Source of the DNA: Eubacteriales bacterium
GTDB lineage: Bacteria; Bacillota; Clostridia; Oscillospirales; CAG-272
DNA: 64,000 bases
Assembly: GCA_045661325.1 (NCBI GenBank)
Contig: JAZRFK010000039.1
Location: 4,563 to 68,562, forward strand
Direction: 5' to 3'
The notes under the pieces are model-generated. The model had not been told where the DNA came from. It did not search any database and saw nothing but the letters and a program-made list of their open reading frames with translations. Of this stretch, positions 8,952-19,339 are shown piece after piece. Position numbers and translations under genes: made by a program. The number at the start of each line of letters is the position of its first letter. The stretch's first letter is position 1.

Positions 8952-10931
8952 TTAATTCATATACTTATCAATGGCCTTTTTCAGCCTTTCAACCGTTGCC
9001 AAGCCCGTGCTTTCGTCTACCTGCGCGCCCGCCGAGTCAAAGTGACCGCCGCCGTGCAGCTCCTCCAAAATCTTCGCCACGTTAACAGAACCGTCCGAAC
9101 GCGCAGAAACGTGCACCCTTCCGTTTATGGGAACGAGGGCGAAGGAGGCGTTAATACCCTTGCCCGCCAAAAGCGCATCGGCCGCCTTAGCGGCGATAAC
9201 GCGATAGCTGGCATCCGTGTCACCGTCGCAAACGGCGATGGCCAGGTTATCCTTATAGACAAGCACATGGGAAAGAAATCTTCCCTGCTTAATCATATCG
9301 GAAACGTCCGTCTTAAACAGCTCGTTGGTTTCGCTGGGGTTGGCACCCTCACCGCGCAAGAACTGGGCTGCTCCGTAGGTTCTCGTTCCCGTGTTCTTGG
9401 TTAACTGCTTGGTGTCAAGCAGAATGCCCGAGAGCATCAGCTCCGCTTCCTCCTTCAAGAGCCGCTTGGTTGTCATATGCTGCTCCAAAATCTCTGCCAC
9501 CATTTCGGAGGCCGAGGAGGCCGAGGGCTCAATATACGAAATCTTGGTTTGCGCGCTTGTGTTTCCCGACTTGGTATGATGGTCAACGATAACCGTATCC
9601 TCTACCATATCGAAAAGCTTGGGACAAACGCTATTGGAAATGTTGTTTACGTCCACCACTATCAGAAGGGTTCTCGGACGCACCATTTCCATAGCCTCGC
9701 TCTCGGTGATAAAGACGTCATCATACTCCTCGCAAGCGGCAATCTTATCAAAGCAGGAGCGCAGGTTTTCATCCGACCGATTGACGATGATATGCGGCTT
9801 TGCGCCCGAAAACATAGCCAAGCGCGCCATACCGATGGAGGCACCGAAGGAATCGTAATCGCCGTAATTGTGGCCCATTATCAAGACGTTATCGGCACGC
9901 ACCATCAAGCCAACGATGGCGTTACCCATCACGCGCGCACGAACGTTTGCGCGCTTATGGACAGCCTTGGTTTTACCGCCGTAAAAATCGGTTCCCATAT
10001 CATTTTTATACACTACCTGGTCACCGCCGCGCTGCAAGGCCATATCCAAGGCCGCCTGTGCCATTTGCTCACGGTAAGACAGGGTTCCCGACACGCAGGA
10101 GACACCGATAGAAACCGTAACAGGCATACCGTCACCTACGCGGATGCTTCGCACCTCGTCCAAGATGCTGAATCGGCTTTCAACGCACTCCGAAAGATGC
10201 GCGTAATCAAAGAGCATAATGTACTTATCGCGCTCATAGGAGCGGATAACGCCGTTCATAGAGGCCGCCCAGTTACGCAAAATCTCCTCAACCTCAGTAG
10301 CGGCAGAGCGGAACTTTTCCTGAATGTACTGCAAAAGCTCCTCAATGTTGTCAATAACGATATAGGCAACCGCCGTTCTGTCCTCAATATAGCGGCGGAA
10401 ATACTCGAAGAGCGCCGTTACGTCCTCCAAGAAAATCATATGCAGGCTCTGCTCCTCCAAGAAGGAACGCCCGACACGGTAAAGCTTATCGTTGATTAAA
10501 ACGATTTCCTCGTTTTCGTGCGCTTCGCTTTCGGGAAGGTCAAGATATTCCTTGGGCACAACCCGACAGTACGAGGAGAAGGAACGGTTTTCCTCCACTC
10601 TTTCCAAGCCCAAGGCAGACAGGAACGCGGCGTTTGCCACAACGATACTGTCCTCCTCGCCGCAAAGGGCGGCGGGGATTTGCAGGTTGGAGATCCAGTT
10701 CTCCGTATTATCCTGTCTCAAAAAAACTTCGGTTTCTTCTTTATGCTGACGCGGCTTCATACGGACTGTCCAATAAACCGCGAGAAACGCAAGATAAACG
10801 AAAACAGCAATCATACCGAGGAAAAGCGGCATGACGGAAACGCGTTCAAGCAGAATGATAAAGGTTACCCAAATGAAGCAGGCAACACCAATCAGAACGG
10901 CAATGTCGTTCCGCGTTGCTATTTTTTTCAT
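8952..10931 (-). CDS. gdpP: GdpP/YybT-type DHH-DHHA1 phosphodiesterase (probable c-di-AMP phosphodiesterase)
   Basis: Two N-terminal TM helices, PAS/degenerate-GGDEF-like middle, DHH-like GHNYGDYDSFG and DHHA1 GGGH motifs; conserved gdpP-rplI-dnaB order; AAGGAG RBS. Confidence 0.8.
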   Translation of the reverse strand: MKKIATRNDIAVLIGVACFIWVTFIILLERVSVMPLFLGMIAVFVYLAFLAVYWTVRMKPRQHKEETEVFLRQDNTENWISNLQIPAALCGEEDSIVVANAAFLSALGLERVEENRSFSSYCRVVPKEYLDLPESEAHENEEIVLINDKLYRVGRSFLEEQSLHMIFLEDVTALFEYFRRYIEDRTAVAYIVIDNIEELLQYIQEKFRSAATEVEEILRNWAASMNGVIRSYERDKYIMLFDYAHLSECVESRFSILDEVRSIRVGDGMPVTVSIGVSCVSGTLSYREQMAQAALDMALQRGGDQVVYKNDMGTDFYGGKTKAVHKRANVRARVMGNAIVGLMVRADNVLIMGHNYGDYDSFGASIGMARLAMFSGAKPHIIVNRSDENLRSCFDKIAACEEYDDVFITESEAMEMVRPRTLLIVVDVNNISNSVCPKLFDMVEDTVIVDHHTKSGNTSAQTKISYIEPSASSASEMVAEILEQHMTTKRLLKEEAELMLSGILLDTKQLTKNTGTRTYGAAQFLRGEGANPSETNELFKTDVSDMIKQGRFLSHVLVYKDNLAIAVCDGDTDASYRVIAAKAADALLAGKGINASFALVPINGRVHVSARSDGSVNVAKILEELHGGGHFDSAGAQVDESTGLATVERLKKAIDKYMN

Positions 10932-11176
10932 TCGTCTTTCTCCTTTCTTTTCGTTCTTACGGCGCGTTTTTTCTTTTTTCGATACGACGCCATAATATCA
11001 TTCCTATTGTATCATATATTTTCCGCTTTGTAAAGCAAAAGAACGCACTTTTTGTCTTTTTTCGAAAAAAGTTTTCTTTTTTTCCCTTTTGCAAGCCTCC
11101 TTTTAAAAAACCTCTTGCAAAAGCGAGGGATTTAGTATAAAATAAAGTAATAAGATGATAAGAGGGGGTGTGCCAA

Positions 11177-13321
11177 ATGAAAAAGCAAGAAGTCAAAATT
11201 TCCTTATCCTCGCCGATTTCCTGCCTTTCGGGCATTGGAGACGCGAAGGCCAAGGCTTTTGCGCGCTTGGGCGTTTTCACCCTCCGCGATTTGATTTTTC
11301 ACATTCCGCGCGCATATGAGGATCGCTCCGTTATTTCACTTTTGCAAAACGTTCCCCACGGCGAAAAGGCCACCCTGCTTTTAACGGTTGCAACCGCGCC
11401 AACCTCCGTTCGACTTAAACGAAGCCTTACAGTTACCAAGCTGCGCGCGTTTGACGACTCGGCAAGCGTTGAGCTTACCTACTTTAATCAGGAATTTTTA
11501 AAGAACGTGTTTTGCGTTGGCGATACCTATCGCTTTTCCGGGCGCATAGAGCGCAAGGGGCGGCGCATTCTGATGACGAATCCGCAATACGAGCCCTATG
11601 ACCCTACTCTTTCCTTACCCGACTACATTCCCGTTTACAAGCTGAGCGACGGGCTTTCAACCGCGGCGATACAAAAGTCCTGCCACCAGGCACTTGCCTT
11701 GGCGCTTCCTCTGCTTGAAGACTATCTACCCGAGGAGATTCGGCGCAGAAACACGCTCCCGACGCTGCAAAGTGCGTTAGCAGAGCTGCATTCTCCCACA
11801 TCCCTGAGCAATATTCGCGCCGCGGCCAAAAGGCTTGCCTTTGACGAGCTTTTCCTGTTCTCTTTGCGTATGCAGCTTTCCAAGCGAAAGGTAGAGACGA
11901 AGCGGGCGCTATCCATTCTTCCCGTCAAAAGAGAGCGCTTTCTTTCCCGCCTTCCCTACGCGCTGACCGGCGCGCAAACACGCTCCATTGATGAGATTGA
12001 GGCCGATATGCAGAGCGGCAGACCGATGGGGCGCATTCTGATAGGCGACGTGGGAAGCGGTAAGACGGTTTGCGCGATGTACGCCGTATTTTTAGCCCTT
12101 TCCTCTGCCCATCAAGCCGCCGTGATGGCACCAACGGAGATTTTGGCCACCCAGCACTATGCAGAGATGAAGCCGTTTTTTGAACAGATGGGCTTTAAGG
12201 TTGCCCTGCTTTTAGGCTCTACCTCCCAAAAGGAGAAAAGAGAAATTTACGAGGGCCTGCAAGCAACAAGCGAGGGGCGCATTGATTTGGTTATCGGTAC
12301 GCACGCGCTTCTTTCTGACAAGACTGTTTTTTCGGATTTGGCGCTGGCGGTGACGGACGAGCAGCATCGCTTTGGCGTTTTACAGCGCGCCGCCTTACGA
12401 AGCAAGGCAGAAAGCGCGCACCTGCTTGTGATGAGCGCGACCCCCATTCCGCGCACCTTGGCCTTGGCCCTATACGGTGACCTTTCCACCTCGATTATTG
12501 ACGAGCTTCCGCTTGGGCGCCAACGGGTTGACACCTTCGTTGTGGACAGCACCTTTGACGCACGGCTCGTTGCCTTTATAGACAAGCTGACGGCAGAGGG
12601 CGGCCAGGCATACGTTGTTTGCCCCGCCATTGCCGAGGAGACGGAAGAGACAGAAATTCCGCTTTCGGATTTGATAACGGAAGGCTCCGCGCTTCCCTCT
12701 CTCCCTCTCGTTTCGGCCGAGAAAAAGGCAGAGGATCTATCCTCTGCTCTGCCGCATTTGCAGGTTGGCCTTTTACACGGAAAAATGAAATCCGCCGAAA
12801 AAGAGGCGGTGATGAGCGCCTTTGCCAAGGGCGAGATACAGGTTTTGGTTTCTACCACCGTTGTTGAGGTTGGCATCAACGTGCCCAATGCCTCTCTGAT
12901 GCTGGTGGAAAATGCCGAGCGCTTCGGGCTTGCCCAGCTGCATCAGCTTCGCGGCCGCGTGGGACGCGGCAAGCGCAAATCCTACTGTGTTTTGCGCTCG
13001 GACGCCAAGGGGGCTACCGCCAAGCAACGCTTGGAGACCATGCGAACCACCTATGACGGCTTCCGCGTTGCCGAGGAGGATTTGAAGCTGCGCGGCCCCG
13101 GCGACTTCTTTTCACAGGCAGGCAGCGACGAGTTTCGCCAAAGCGGCGGTCTCGCCTTCCGCTTTGCCTCGCTTTGTCAGGACGAGTCCTTGATTTACGA
13201 TGCCGCCAAGGAGGCCAAGGCGCTCTTGTCGGGCGACACGGCCGTTTTCACCGAGAAGCACGATGCCTTAATGGCAGAGCTTGAACGCTATGGCAGCGAA
13301 AGCAGCGGCTTCATTTCTTAA
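11177..13321 (+). CDS. recG: ATP-dependent DNA helicase RecG
   Basis: GDVGSGKT Walker A, DEQHRFG box, N-terminal wedge region; ATG 11177 preceded by AGAGGGGG. Confidence 0.93.
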   Translation: MKKQEVKISLSSPISCLSGIGDAKAKAFARLGVFTLRDLIFHIPRAYEDRSVISLLQNVPHGEKATLLLTVATAPTSVRLKRSLTVTKLRAFDDSASVELTYFNQEFLKNVFCVGDTYRFSGRIERKGRRILMTNPQYEPYDPTLSLPDYIPVYKLSDGLSTAAIQKSCHQALALALPLLEDYLPEEIRRRNTLPTLQSALAELHSPTSLSNIRAAAKRLAFDELFLFSLRMQLSKRKVETKRALSILPVKRERFLSRLPYALTGAQTRSIDEIEADMQSGRPMGRILIGDVGSGKTVCAMYAVFLALSSAHQAAVMAPTEILATQHYAEMKPFFEQMGFKVALLLGSTSQKEKREIYEGLQATSEGRIDLVIGTHALLSDKTVFSDLALAVTDEQHRFGVLQRAALRSKAESAHLLVMSATPIPRTLALALYGDLSTSIIDELPLGRQRVDTFVVDSTFDARLVAFIDKLTAEGGQAYVVCPAIAEETEETEIPLSDLITEGSALPSLPLVSAEKKAEDLSSALPHLQVGLLHGKMKSAEKEAVMSAFAKGEIQVLVSTTVVEVGINVPNASLMLVENAERFGLAQLHQLRGRVGRGKRKSYCVLRSDAKGATAKQRLETMRTTYDGFRVAEEDLKLRGPGDFFSQAGSDEFRQSGGLAFRFASLCQDESLIYDAAKEAKALLSGDTAVFTEKHDALMAELERYGSESSGFIS

Positions 13322-13341
13322 TTACAGAAAGGCAGAAGATT

Positions 13342-14571
13342 ATGCTACAACCTCTGGCAGACAGAATGCGCCCCCAAAGCTTTGATGAAATGGTGGGCCA
13401 GCGCCACCTTTTTGGAGAAAAGGGGGTTATCCGCGCGCTTCTTTCCAAGGGAAAGCTGACGAACATGATATTCAGCGGCCCTCCCGGAACGGGCAAGACC
13501 ACCGCCGCCAACATCATTGCTAAAAACGCAGACAGACAGATTTACCGCCTGAACGCCACCACCGCCTCCCTTGCCGACGTGAAACGGATTGCGGAGGAAA
13601 CCAAGACGATTTTCGGCTCCGAGGGCGTTTTGCTCTACCTTGACGAGATACAGTATTTTAACAAGAAGCAGCAGCAATCTCTCCTTGAATATTTGGAGGA
13701 CGGGCGCATCATTCTGATAGCCTCGACCACAGACAACCCCTATTTCTGCATTTATAACGCTCTGCTTTCCCGTTCCTCCGTGTTTGAATTCAAGCCCGTT
13801 CCGCCCGAGGAATGTCTGCCGGCTCTCTGCCGCGCTTGGACGGCCTTGAATCAAGAGGAAAAGACGGAAAAGGAGGCCTCTGACGAGGCACTTCTCTACT
13901 TGGCACAACGCGGCGGCGGCGACGTTCGCCGTTGTCTTGGCATTTTGGAGAACGCCTTTTCCATCTGCGAGGGCCGCTTGGAGAAGGATTGCATCGCCTC
14001 ACTTTTGCCCTCCTTTACGGGCAACTTTGACCTGTCGGGCGACGTACACTATGATCTGCTCTCCTGCTTACAAAAGTCCATTCGCGGCTCCGACGTTGAC
14101 GCTTCCCTCTTTTATTTGGCGAAGCTTTTGGCAGGGGGCGACCTGCTTTCCGTTTGCCGCCGCTTGCAAGTGATTGCCTCCGAGGACGTGGGACAGGCCT
14201 ACCCTCTGGCACCTGCTATCGTATACGCCTGCACCCAGAGTGCCCGTGAGCTTGGGCTTCCCGAGGCGGCCATTCCGCTTTCGCACGCGGTGGCCCTTCT
14301 TGCCACCTATCCCAAATCCAACGCGGCACACGTTGCCTACGAAAAGGCCTTGGCCGACGTGGAGGCGGGGCTTGGCGTTGAGCCGCCCGCGCATTTACAG
14401 AGCCCACTTTTCCGCGGCTACAAGTATCCCCACGATTTTCCGAACCATTACGTCAAGCAGGACTATCTCCCAACCGATTTGAAGGGAAAGAAATATTACG
14501 TCTTTGGCTCCAGCAAGACGGAGCAGCTGGCAAAGACCTACTACGATATGATTCGGGAAGGCCAAAAGTAA
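13342..14571 (+). CDS. rarA: Replication-associated recombination protein A (MgsA/RarA AAA+ ATPase)
   Basis: LADRMRPQSFDEMVGQ N-terminus, GPPGTGKTT Walker A, MgsA-type C-terminal domain. Confidence 0.9.
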   Translation: MLQPLADRMRPQSFDEMVGQRHLFGEKGVIRALLSKGKLTNMIFSGPPGTGKTTAANIIAKNADRQIYRLNATTASLADVKRIAEETKTIFGSEGVLLYLDEIQYFNKKQQQSLLEYLEDGRIILIASTTDNPYFCIYNALLSRSSVFEFKPVPPEECLPALCRAWTALNQEEKTEKEASDEALLYLAQRGGGDVRRCLGILENAFSICEGRLEKDCIASLLPSFTGNFDLSGDVHYDLLSCLQKSIRGSDVDASLFYLAKLLAGGDLLSVCRRLQVIASEDVGQAYPLAPAIVYACTQSARELGLPEAAIPLSHAVALLATYPKSNAAHVAYEKALADVEAGLGVEPPAHLQSPLFRGYKYPHDFPNHYVKQDYLPTDLKGKKYYVFGSSKTEQLAKTYYDMIREGQK

Positions 14572-14572
14572 C

Positions 14573-16861
14573 ATGCTACGCCGTCTTCCCCGTTTATACC
14601 CTCTTTGTCTTTCCTTTTGCAAAAAGCACATTCATCTTTTGCTTTCTCTTTTTTGGATAACGGCGATTGCCCTTGCCTACGCGCTTCCCTTTCCTGCGCT
14701 TCGCATATCAGCCGCCGTTTTTCTTGCGCTCTTTGTCCTATGCGGTATAGGCCGCCTTTTCAAGCGCTTTTATACCGTTTTTATTCTCCTTCCGCTTTTG
14801 CTTGGTCTGGCGCTTTCTCTCGTCTGTGTTCATAGACTTCCAAGCGAGACCCTCTCTGCCTACAAGGGAAAGCAGGGCTTTGCGGTTGTGACCTTAACGG
14901 ACATTTTGGAGCAAACGGACTCTCTTCTCACCGCCGAGGCAACGCTTTCCTCCTTGGGAGAAAAAGAGCTTTCCGCAACGGTTTTACTGCGCTTACAAGC
15001 AAGCGAGGACTTCACAGAGGGAGACACGTTGCGCGTTTACGTTTCGGAGCTTTCTTCTGTATCTGACGCCTATGCGGCAGAGGGATATGACGGAAGCATT
15101 TGGGCCGTGCGCGGCACTAAAATCGGAGAAAGGCACACCCTGCGCTCCGTTCTTGCTCACTATAATTCCCTCCTTTCCTCTTCCTTGCAAAAGCGGATAG
15201 ACCAAGAGGAAGGCGCCTTTCTTTCTGCCCTGCTTTTAGGAGATAAAAGCGGGATTTCCGCCTCCCTTTCTCGCGATATGGCCCGAAACGGCACCTCGCA
15301 CATATTGGCGCTCAGCGGCCTGCACGTCAGCCTTTTTATGTCGGGCGTTACGTTTCTTCTGCGCCCTCTTCACAAGAAGGCGCGCACCGTTCTTTCGCTT
15401 TTGCTGATAGCAGCCTACGTGCTTTTAACGGGCGCCTCGCCCTCTGCCTTGCGAGCGGGCTTTATGTGCTTTTGTGCGCTTCTTTCCTTTCTTGTTGGCC
15501 GTCGGCATAACAGTCTTTTTTCTCTTTTTGCCTCGGTCTCTCTAATTTTCGCTTTTGAGCCCTATTGCGTTTACGGCCTATCGCTTTGGCTTTCGGCCTT
15601 GGCGACCCTTGGTATTCTTCTTTATTTTGAGCGCAAGAAGGAAAAGACGCATAAGGAAGTAACGGCACCAAAGCGCCTTTGGCGCAGAGCGCTTTCCTTT
15701 TTGAAGGAGTATATCATTCTTTCCGCCGTTATCACGGCGGCGGCCTCCCTGATGGTGCTCCCCCTTTCAGCGCGCATCTTCGGCACGCTTTCGCTGTTAT
15801 CCATTCCTGCCAATCTCTTGCTTGCGCCCTTGTCTAATTTGCTTTTATACGGCGCGTTTCTTGTGCTTCCCTTGGGCTTTTTCAAGCCGCTTTCCTTTTT
15901 ACTGGAAAAGGCGACCTCCCTCTTTCTGTTCCTTTCTGCGCGTCTTGCCGATATTCCGCATACGCAGATTTCCTTTTCCAATTTTATTTCGCTCCTTGCC
16001 GCCACTCTTATTCCCTTGGCGATTCTCCTTTACTGCGTTTTCGTGCCAAGGAAGCGCTTTCGCAGAAAGACGGTGCTTTCCCTTTGTCTTGCCCTTTGCG
16101 TCACGCTTTCGGCCGTTCACGTTGGCGATTTTCTATTGCACAAAAACGGTGTCAGGCTTGATTTTGCCGCGAACACCTCTGCCGCGTATGATGCCGTTTG
16201 TCTGCGCGAAAGCACCAAAACCTTTTTAATTGACGGCAGCACCTTTACCGCACAAAGCGCCAAACACGCGCTTTCGCTTGCCAAGGCGTGTGCCAGACAG
16301 GAAATTGACGCATACGTTATCACCTGCTATGACGACAGCACCGCCTCCCTCCTTCGTTCTTTATCGGAAGAAAACACGATTCGAGAGGTCTATTTGCCCG
16401 CACCGATAACGACCGAGGAGAAGCTTTCGGCACGCGCGCTTTTGGAGGACATCACGCTTGACGGCACCAAAGCCACCTTTTACCGCGAGGGAGAGGAAAT
16501 TGCGCTTGGCCGAACCACCTTTTCGCTGCTCTTCCGCATCCCCCAGGCAGAAGCCGCCACCGCTGCCGCTTACACCCTGGAAATAGGAAAAAGCAAGGTT
16601 TTGTGCGCCTCTGCCGCCTCCTTGGCATCGGGCGCGGCTTATCAGCGCCTGATTTACCATCTTGCCGACTGCGACACGCTGCTTTTGGGCAGTTACGGGA
16701 AAGAGGATGCCGTTTTGCCGCTTCCCTCCTCGGCCTTTGAAAAGGATGTTTTGTGCGCGGCAGACGCCGCTTTGGGCAAAAACACGGCGCTTTCTGTAAC
16801 CGAGCGAGGAAAAAGGCGATTCTTTGCGCCCATTATGCAAGGCCCACTCTTTTCTCCGTGA
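14573..16861 (+). CDS. comEC: ComEC/Rec2-family DNA internalisation channel protein
   Basis: Polytopic membrane core with HILALSGLHVS motif; C-terminal beta-lactamase-like region appears to lack the His-rich metal motif. Confidence 0.8.
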   Translation: MLRRLPRLYPLCLSFCKKHIHLLLSLFWITAIALAYALPFPALRISAAVFLALFVLCGIGRLFKRFYTVFILLPLLLGLALSLVCVHRLPSETLSAYKGKQGFAVVTLTDILEQTDSLLTAEATLSSLGEKELSATVLLRLQASEDFTEGDTLRVYVSELSSVSDAYAAEGYDGSIWAVRGTKIGERHTLRSVLAHYNSLLSSSLQKRIDQEEGAFLSALLLGDKSGISASLSRDMARNGTSHILALSGLHVSLFMSGVTFLLRPLHKKARTVLSLLLIAAYVLLTGASPSALRAGFMCFCALLSFLVGRRHNSLFSLFASVSLIFAFEPYCVYGLSLWLSALATLGILLYFERKKEKTHKEVTAPKRLWRRALSFLKEYIILSAVITAAASLMVLPLSARIFGTLSLLSIPANLLLAPLSNLLLYGAFLVLPLGFFKPLSFLLEKATSLFLFLSARLADIPHTQISFSNFISLLAATLIPLAILLYCVFVPRKRFRRKTVLSLCLALCVTLSAVHVGDFLLHKNGVRLDFAANTSAAYDAVCLRESTKTFLIDGSTFTAQSAKHALSLAKACARQEIDAYVITCYDDSTASLLRSLSEENTIREVYLPAPITTEEKLSARALLEDITLDGTKATFYREGEEIALGRTTFSLLFRIPQAEAATAAAYTLEIGKSKVLCASAASLASGAAYQRLIYHLADCDTLLLGSYGKEDAVLPLPSSAFEKDVLCAADAALGKNTALSVTERGKRRFFAPIMQGPLFSP

Positions 16862-16884
16862 CAATCCCGTGCGATGAAAAACAA

Positions 16885-16926
16885 AAATCCGTTTTGCACC
16901 TTTGGTACAAAACGGATTTTTTATTT
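16885..16926. terminator. Bidirectional terminator between comEC and ilvE
   Basis: AAATCCGTTTTG / CAAAACGGATTT hairpin flanked by an A-run and a T-run. Confidence 0.8.
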
Positions 16927-16954
16927 TGGCAAGCGGGCTTGCCGATTTTTTGTT

Positions 16955-18022
16955 TTAGTCCTCTAACTGATAGGTCCAGCCATAGCTGTCGGGAAGAGTT
17001 CCCCACTGGATACCCGTCAAGGAATTATAGAGATGGGCGGTTACCTCACCGATTTCGCCATTGTTGATGGAATACTTCTTGCCCATATAGCAAAGTTCGC
17101 CAATGGGAGAGATAACAGCGGCAGTACCGCAGCCCCAAGCCTCCTCAAGCTTGCCCTCCTCCAAAGCCTTTGCCAGCTCGTCAATGCTCAAGCGGCGCTC
17201 GCTGACGCGATAGCCCTCGGCGCGCAAAAGCTCCAAGCAGGATTTTCTGGTGATACCGGGAAGAATAGATCCGAGAAGCGAAGGGGTAACAACCTCGCCG
17301 TCAATCTTGAACATAACGTTCATAGCGCCGACCTCTTCGATGTACTTGCGCTCAACACCGTCAAGCCAAAGAACCTGCGACTAGCCTGCCTTTCCGGCCT
17401 TCTCACCTGCACGGTTGGAAGCGGCATAGTTACCGCCGCACTTGGCCTCACCGGTACCGCCACGAACGGCACGAACGTCATCTGCCTCGATCATAATCTT
17501 AACGGGGTTAATGCCCTCCTTGTAGTAGCTGCCTACGGGGGAGGTAATGATAACGAAGGTTGCGTGCTTTACCGCGTGCACACCCAAGGTTTCATCGTTT
17601 CCGCACATAAAGGGTCGGATATAAAGGGAGGTGCCGGGGGCAGGGGGCGTCCAATCCTGCTCAAAGGCAATAAACTTGGTTAAAACCTCCATTGCCAAAT
17701 CCTCGGGAATGGTGGGCAGGCAAAGTCTGTCTGCCGAGCGATTCATACGGCGAATGTTCTCGATGGGACGGAACATCTGCACCTTTCCGTCGGCACGGCG
17801 ATAGGCCTTTAAGCCCTCGAAGATTTCGCTTCCGTAATGAAGCGCGGTGCAAGCGGGATGGATAGCCAAGGGGCCAAAGGGAACGATTCTTGCGTCATGC
17901 CAGCCCTCCTCGACAGAATAGTCCATCATAAACATATGGTCGGTAAAATACTTGCCGAAGCCGAGAACAGAAGGCTCGGGCTTTACCGCGGGATTCGGGT
18001 TTCTCGTAATTTTGATTTCCAT
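16955..18022 (-). pseudogene. ilvE: Branched-chain amino acid aminotransferase interrupted by one in-frame TAG (17381-17383)
   Basis: Track ORFs 17381..18154 and 16955..17323 are in the same frame. Translation reads ...GNYAASNRAGEKAGKAG[TAG][28 protein letters not shown]..., colinear with IlvE. ATG 18022 with AAGGAG RBS. Confidence 0.75.
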
Positions 18023-18038
18023 AGCTTTCTTCTCCTTA

Positions 18039-18581
18039 TTAGCCCTGATAGTCCTTGCCAAGACGCATAGCGCCGAGGTTGACATCCAGCATATCCGCAC
18101 GCTTGGCGGAGATAACCTTTTTAAGTGCAGCCAGAACCTTCTCTTCATCCTCAAAGGCGCCGCTTTCTGCCAAAACCTTACCCATGATAATCATATTGGC
18201 GAGAGTGGGCGTTTTGTTGTCGGATGCCATCTGGGTGGCAGGGATATAATGCACCGTCACATCGGTACGGTTAACCTTGCGGGAAATGAGGGTGGAATCC
18301 ACGTAAATGGTGCCGCCGGGAGCAACGCTGGACTCATACTTGTCCAAGGAGGGCAGGTTCATCGCAATCAGAACGTCGGGATTCGATACGATGGGAGAGC
18401 CAACGGGAATATCGCTGATGATAACGCTACAGCTTGCCGTACCACCGCGCATTTCGGGACCGTAGGAGGGCAACCAGCTGACGTTTTTGCCGTCATTGAG
18501 GCCCTGGTAAGCTAAGAACTTGCCTGCGAACAGGATGCCCTGTCCACCGAAGCCTGCAAACAAATACTGGGTCGTTTTCAT
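18039..18581 (-). CDS. 2-oxoacid:ferredoxin oxidoreductase gamma subunit
   Basis: [14 protein letters not shown] and [11 protein letters not shown] motifs; ATG 18581 with AAGGAGG RBS. Confidence 0.85.
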   Translation of the reverse strand: MKTTQYLFAGFGGQGILFAGKFLAYQGLNDGKNVSWLPSYGPEMRGGTASCSVIISDIPVGSPIVSNPDVLIAMNLPSLDKYESSVAPGGTIYVDSTLISRKVNRTDVTVHYIPATQMASDNKTPTLANMIIMGKVLAESGAFEDEEKVLAALKKVISAKRADMLDVNLGAMRLGKDYQG

Positions 18582-18594
18582 TTCTGCTTCCTCC

Positions 18595-19338
18595 TTACTT
18601 TCCTGCGCTTCTATCCTTATACACCCCAAGAGGATAATAAGGAATCATTTTTTCATCAATACAAGCCAAAGCCTTTGCAGGCGTCATACCCCAGTTGGTC
18701 GGGCAAGAGGAAACAACCTCTACCAAGGAGAAGCCTTTTCCGTTGACCTGGTTTTCAAAGGCCTTTTTGATAGCCTTCTTGGCATTCTTGACGTTCTTGA
18801 CGTTGTTAACGGCAACACGCTCCAAATACTCGGGGCCGTCCAGCTGAGAAAGCATTTCGCAAACCTTGATGGGATAGCCGCAATGAGAAACGTCACGTCC
18901 GTAGGGAGAGGTCTGGGTGACCTGACCGGGCAAGGAGGTGGGAGCCATCTGACCGCCCGTCATACCGTAAATGGCGTTGTTGATGAAGATAACGGTGATG
19001 TTTTCGTTTCTGGCGGCGCTATGTACCGTTTCTGCCATACCGATGGAGGCAAGGTCGCCGTCACCCTGATAGGTGAATACGATGTTATTGGGGTCGGAGC
19101 GCTTAACGCCCGTTGCAACGGCAGGTGCTCTACCGTGAGCGGCCTCAATCATATCACAGTTAAAGTAGTCGTATGCCATAACCGAGCATCCAACGGGGGC
19201 AATACCAATGGTTCTTCCCTCAATACCAAGCTCGTCCATTACCTCGGCAACCAGACGATGCACGATGCCGTGGGTACAACCGGGGCAATAGTGTAAGGGT
19301 GCATCGGAAAGCGCATGGGGTTTATCAAATACTACCAT
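18595..19338 (-). CDS. 2-oxoacid:ferredoxin oxidoreductase beta (TPP-binding) subunit
   Basis: HYCPGCTHG Cys motif, GDGD TPP-binding region; ATG 19338 with AAGGAGG RBS, 1 nt after the alpha stop. Confidence 0.88.
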   Translation of the reverse strand: MVVFDKPHALSDAPLHYCPGCTHGIVHRLVAEVMDELGIEGRTIGIAPVGCSVMAYDYFNCDMIEAAHGRAPAVATGVKRSDPNNIVFTYQGDGDLASIGMAETVHSAARNENITVIFINNAIYGMTGGQMAPTSLPGQVTQTSPYGRDVSHCGYPIKVCEMLSQLDGPEYLERVAVNNVKNVKNAKKAIKKAFENQVNGKGFSLVEVVSSCPTNWGMTPAKALACIDEKMIPYYPLGVYKDRSAGK

Positions 19339-19339
19339 T

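Noticed and set aside
9477-10499. 340-aa ORF on the plus strand
   Set aside because: It is antisense to gdpP. Shadow ORF.
17381-17383. Pyrrolysine or genome-wide amber reassignment as the explanation for the ilvE TAG
   Set aside because: No pyl genes or CUA-anticodon tRNA are present in the window. Only one internal TAG occurs in about 57 genes. TAA-TAG tandem stops follow rplK and rplA. The site aligns with Tyr/Phe/Cys in homologs, consistent with a simple TAY->TAG change. It is kept as a finding only because it is cheap to test.
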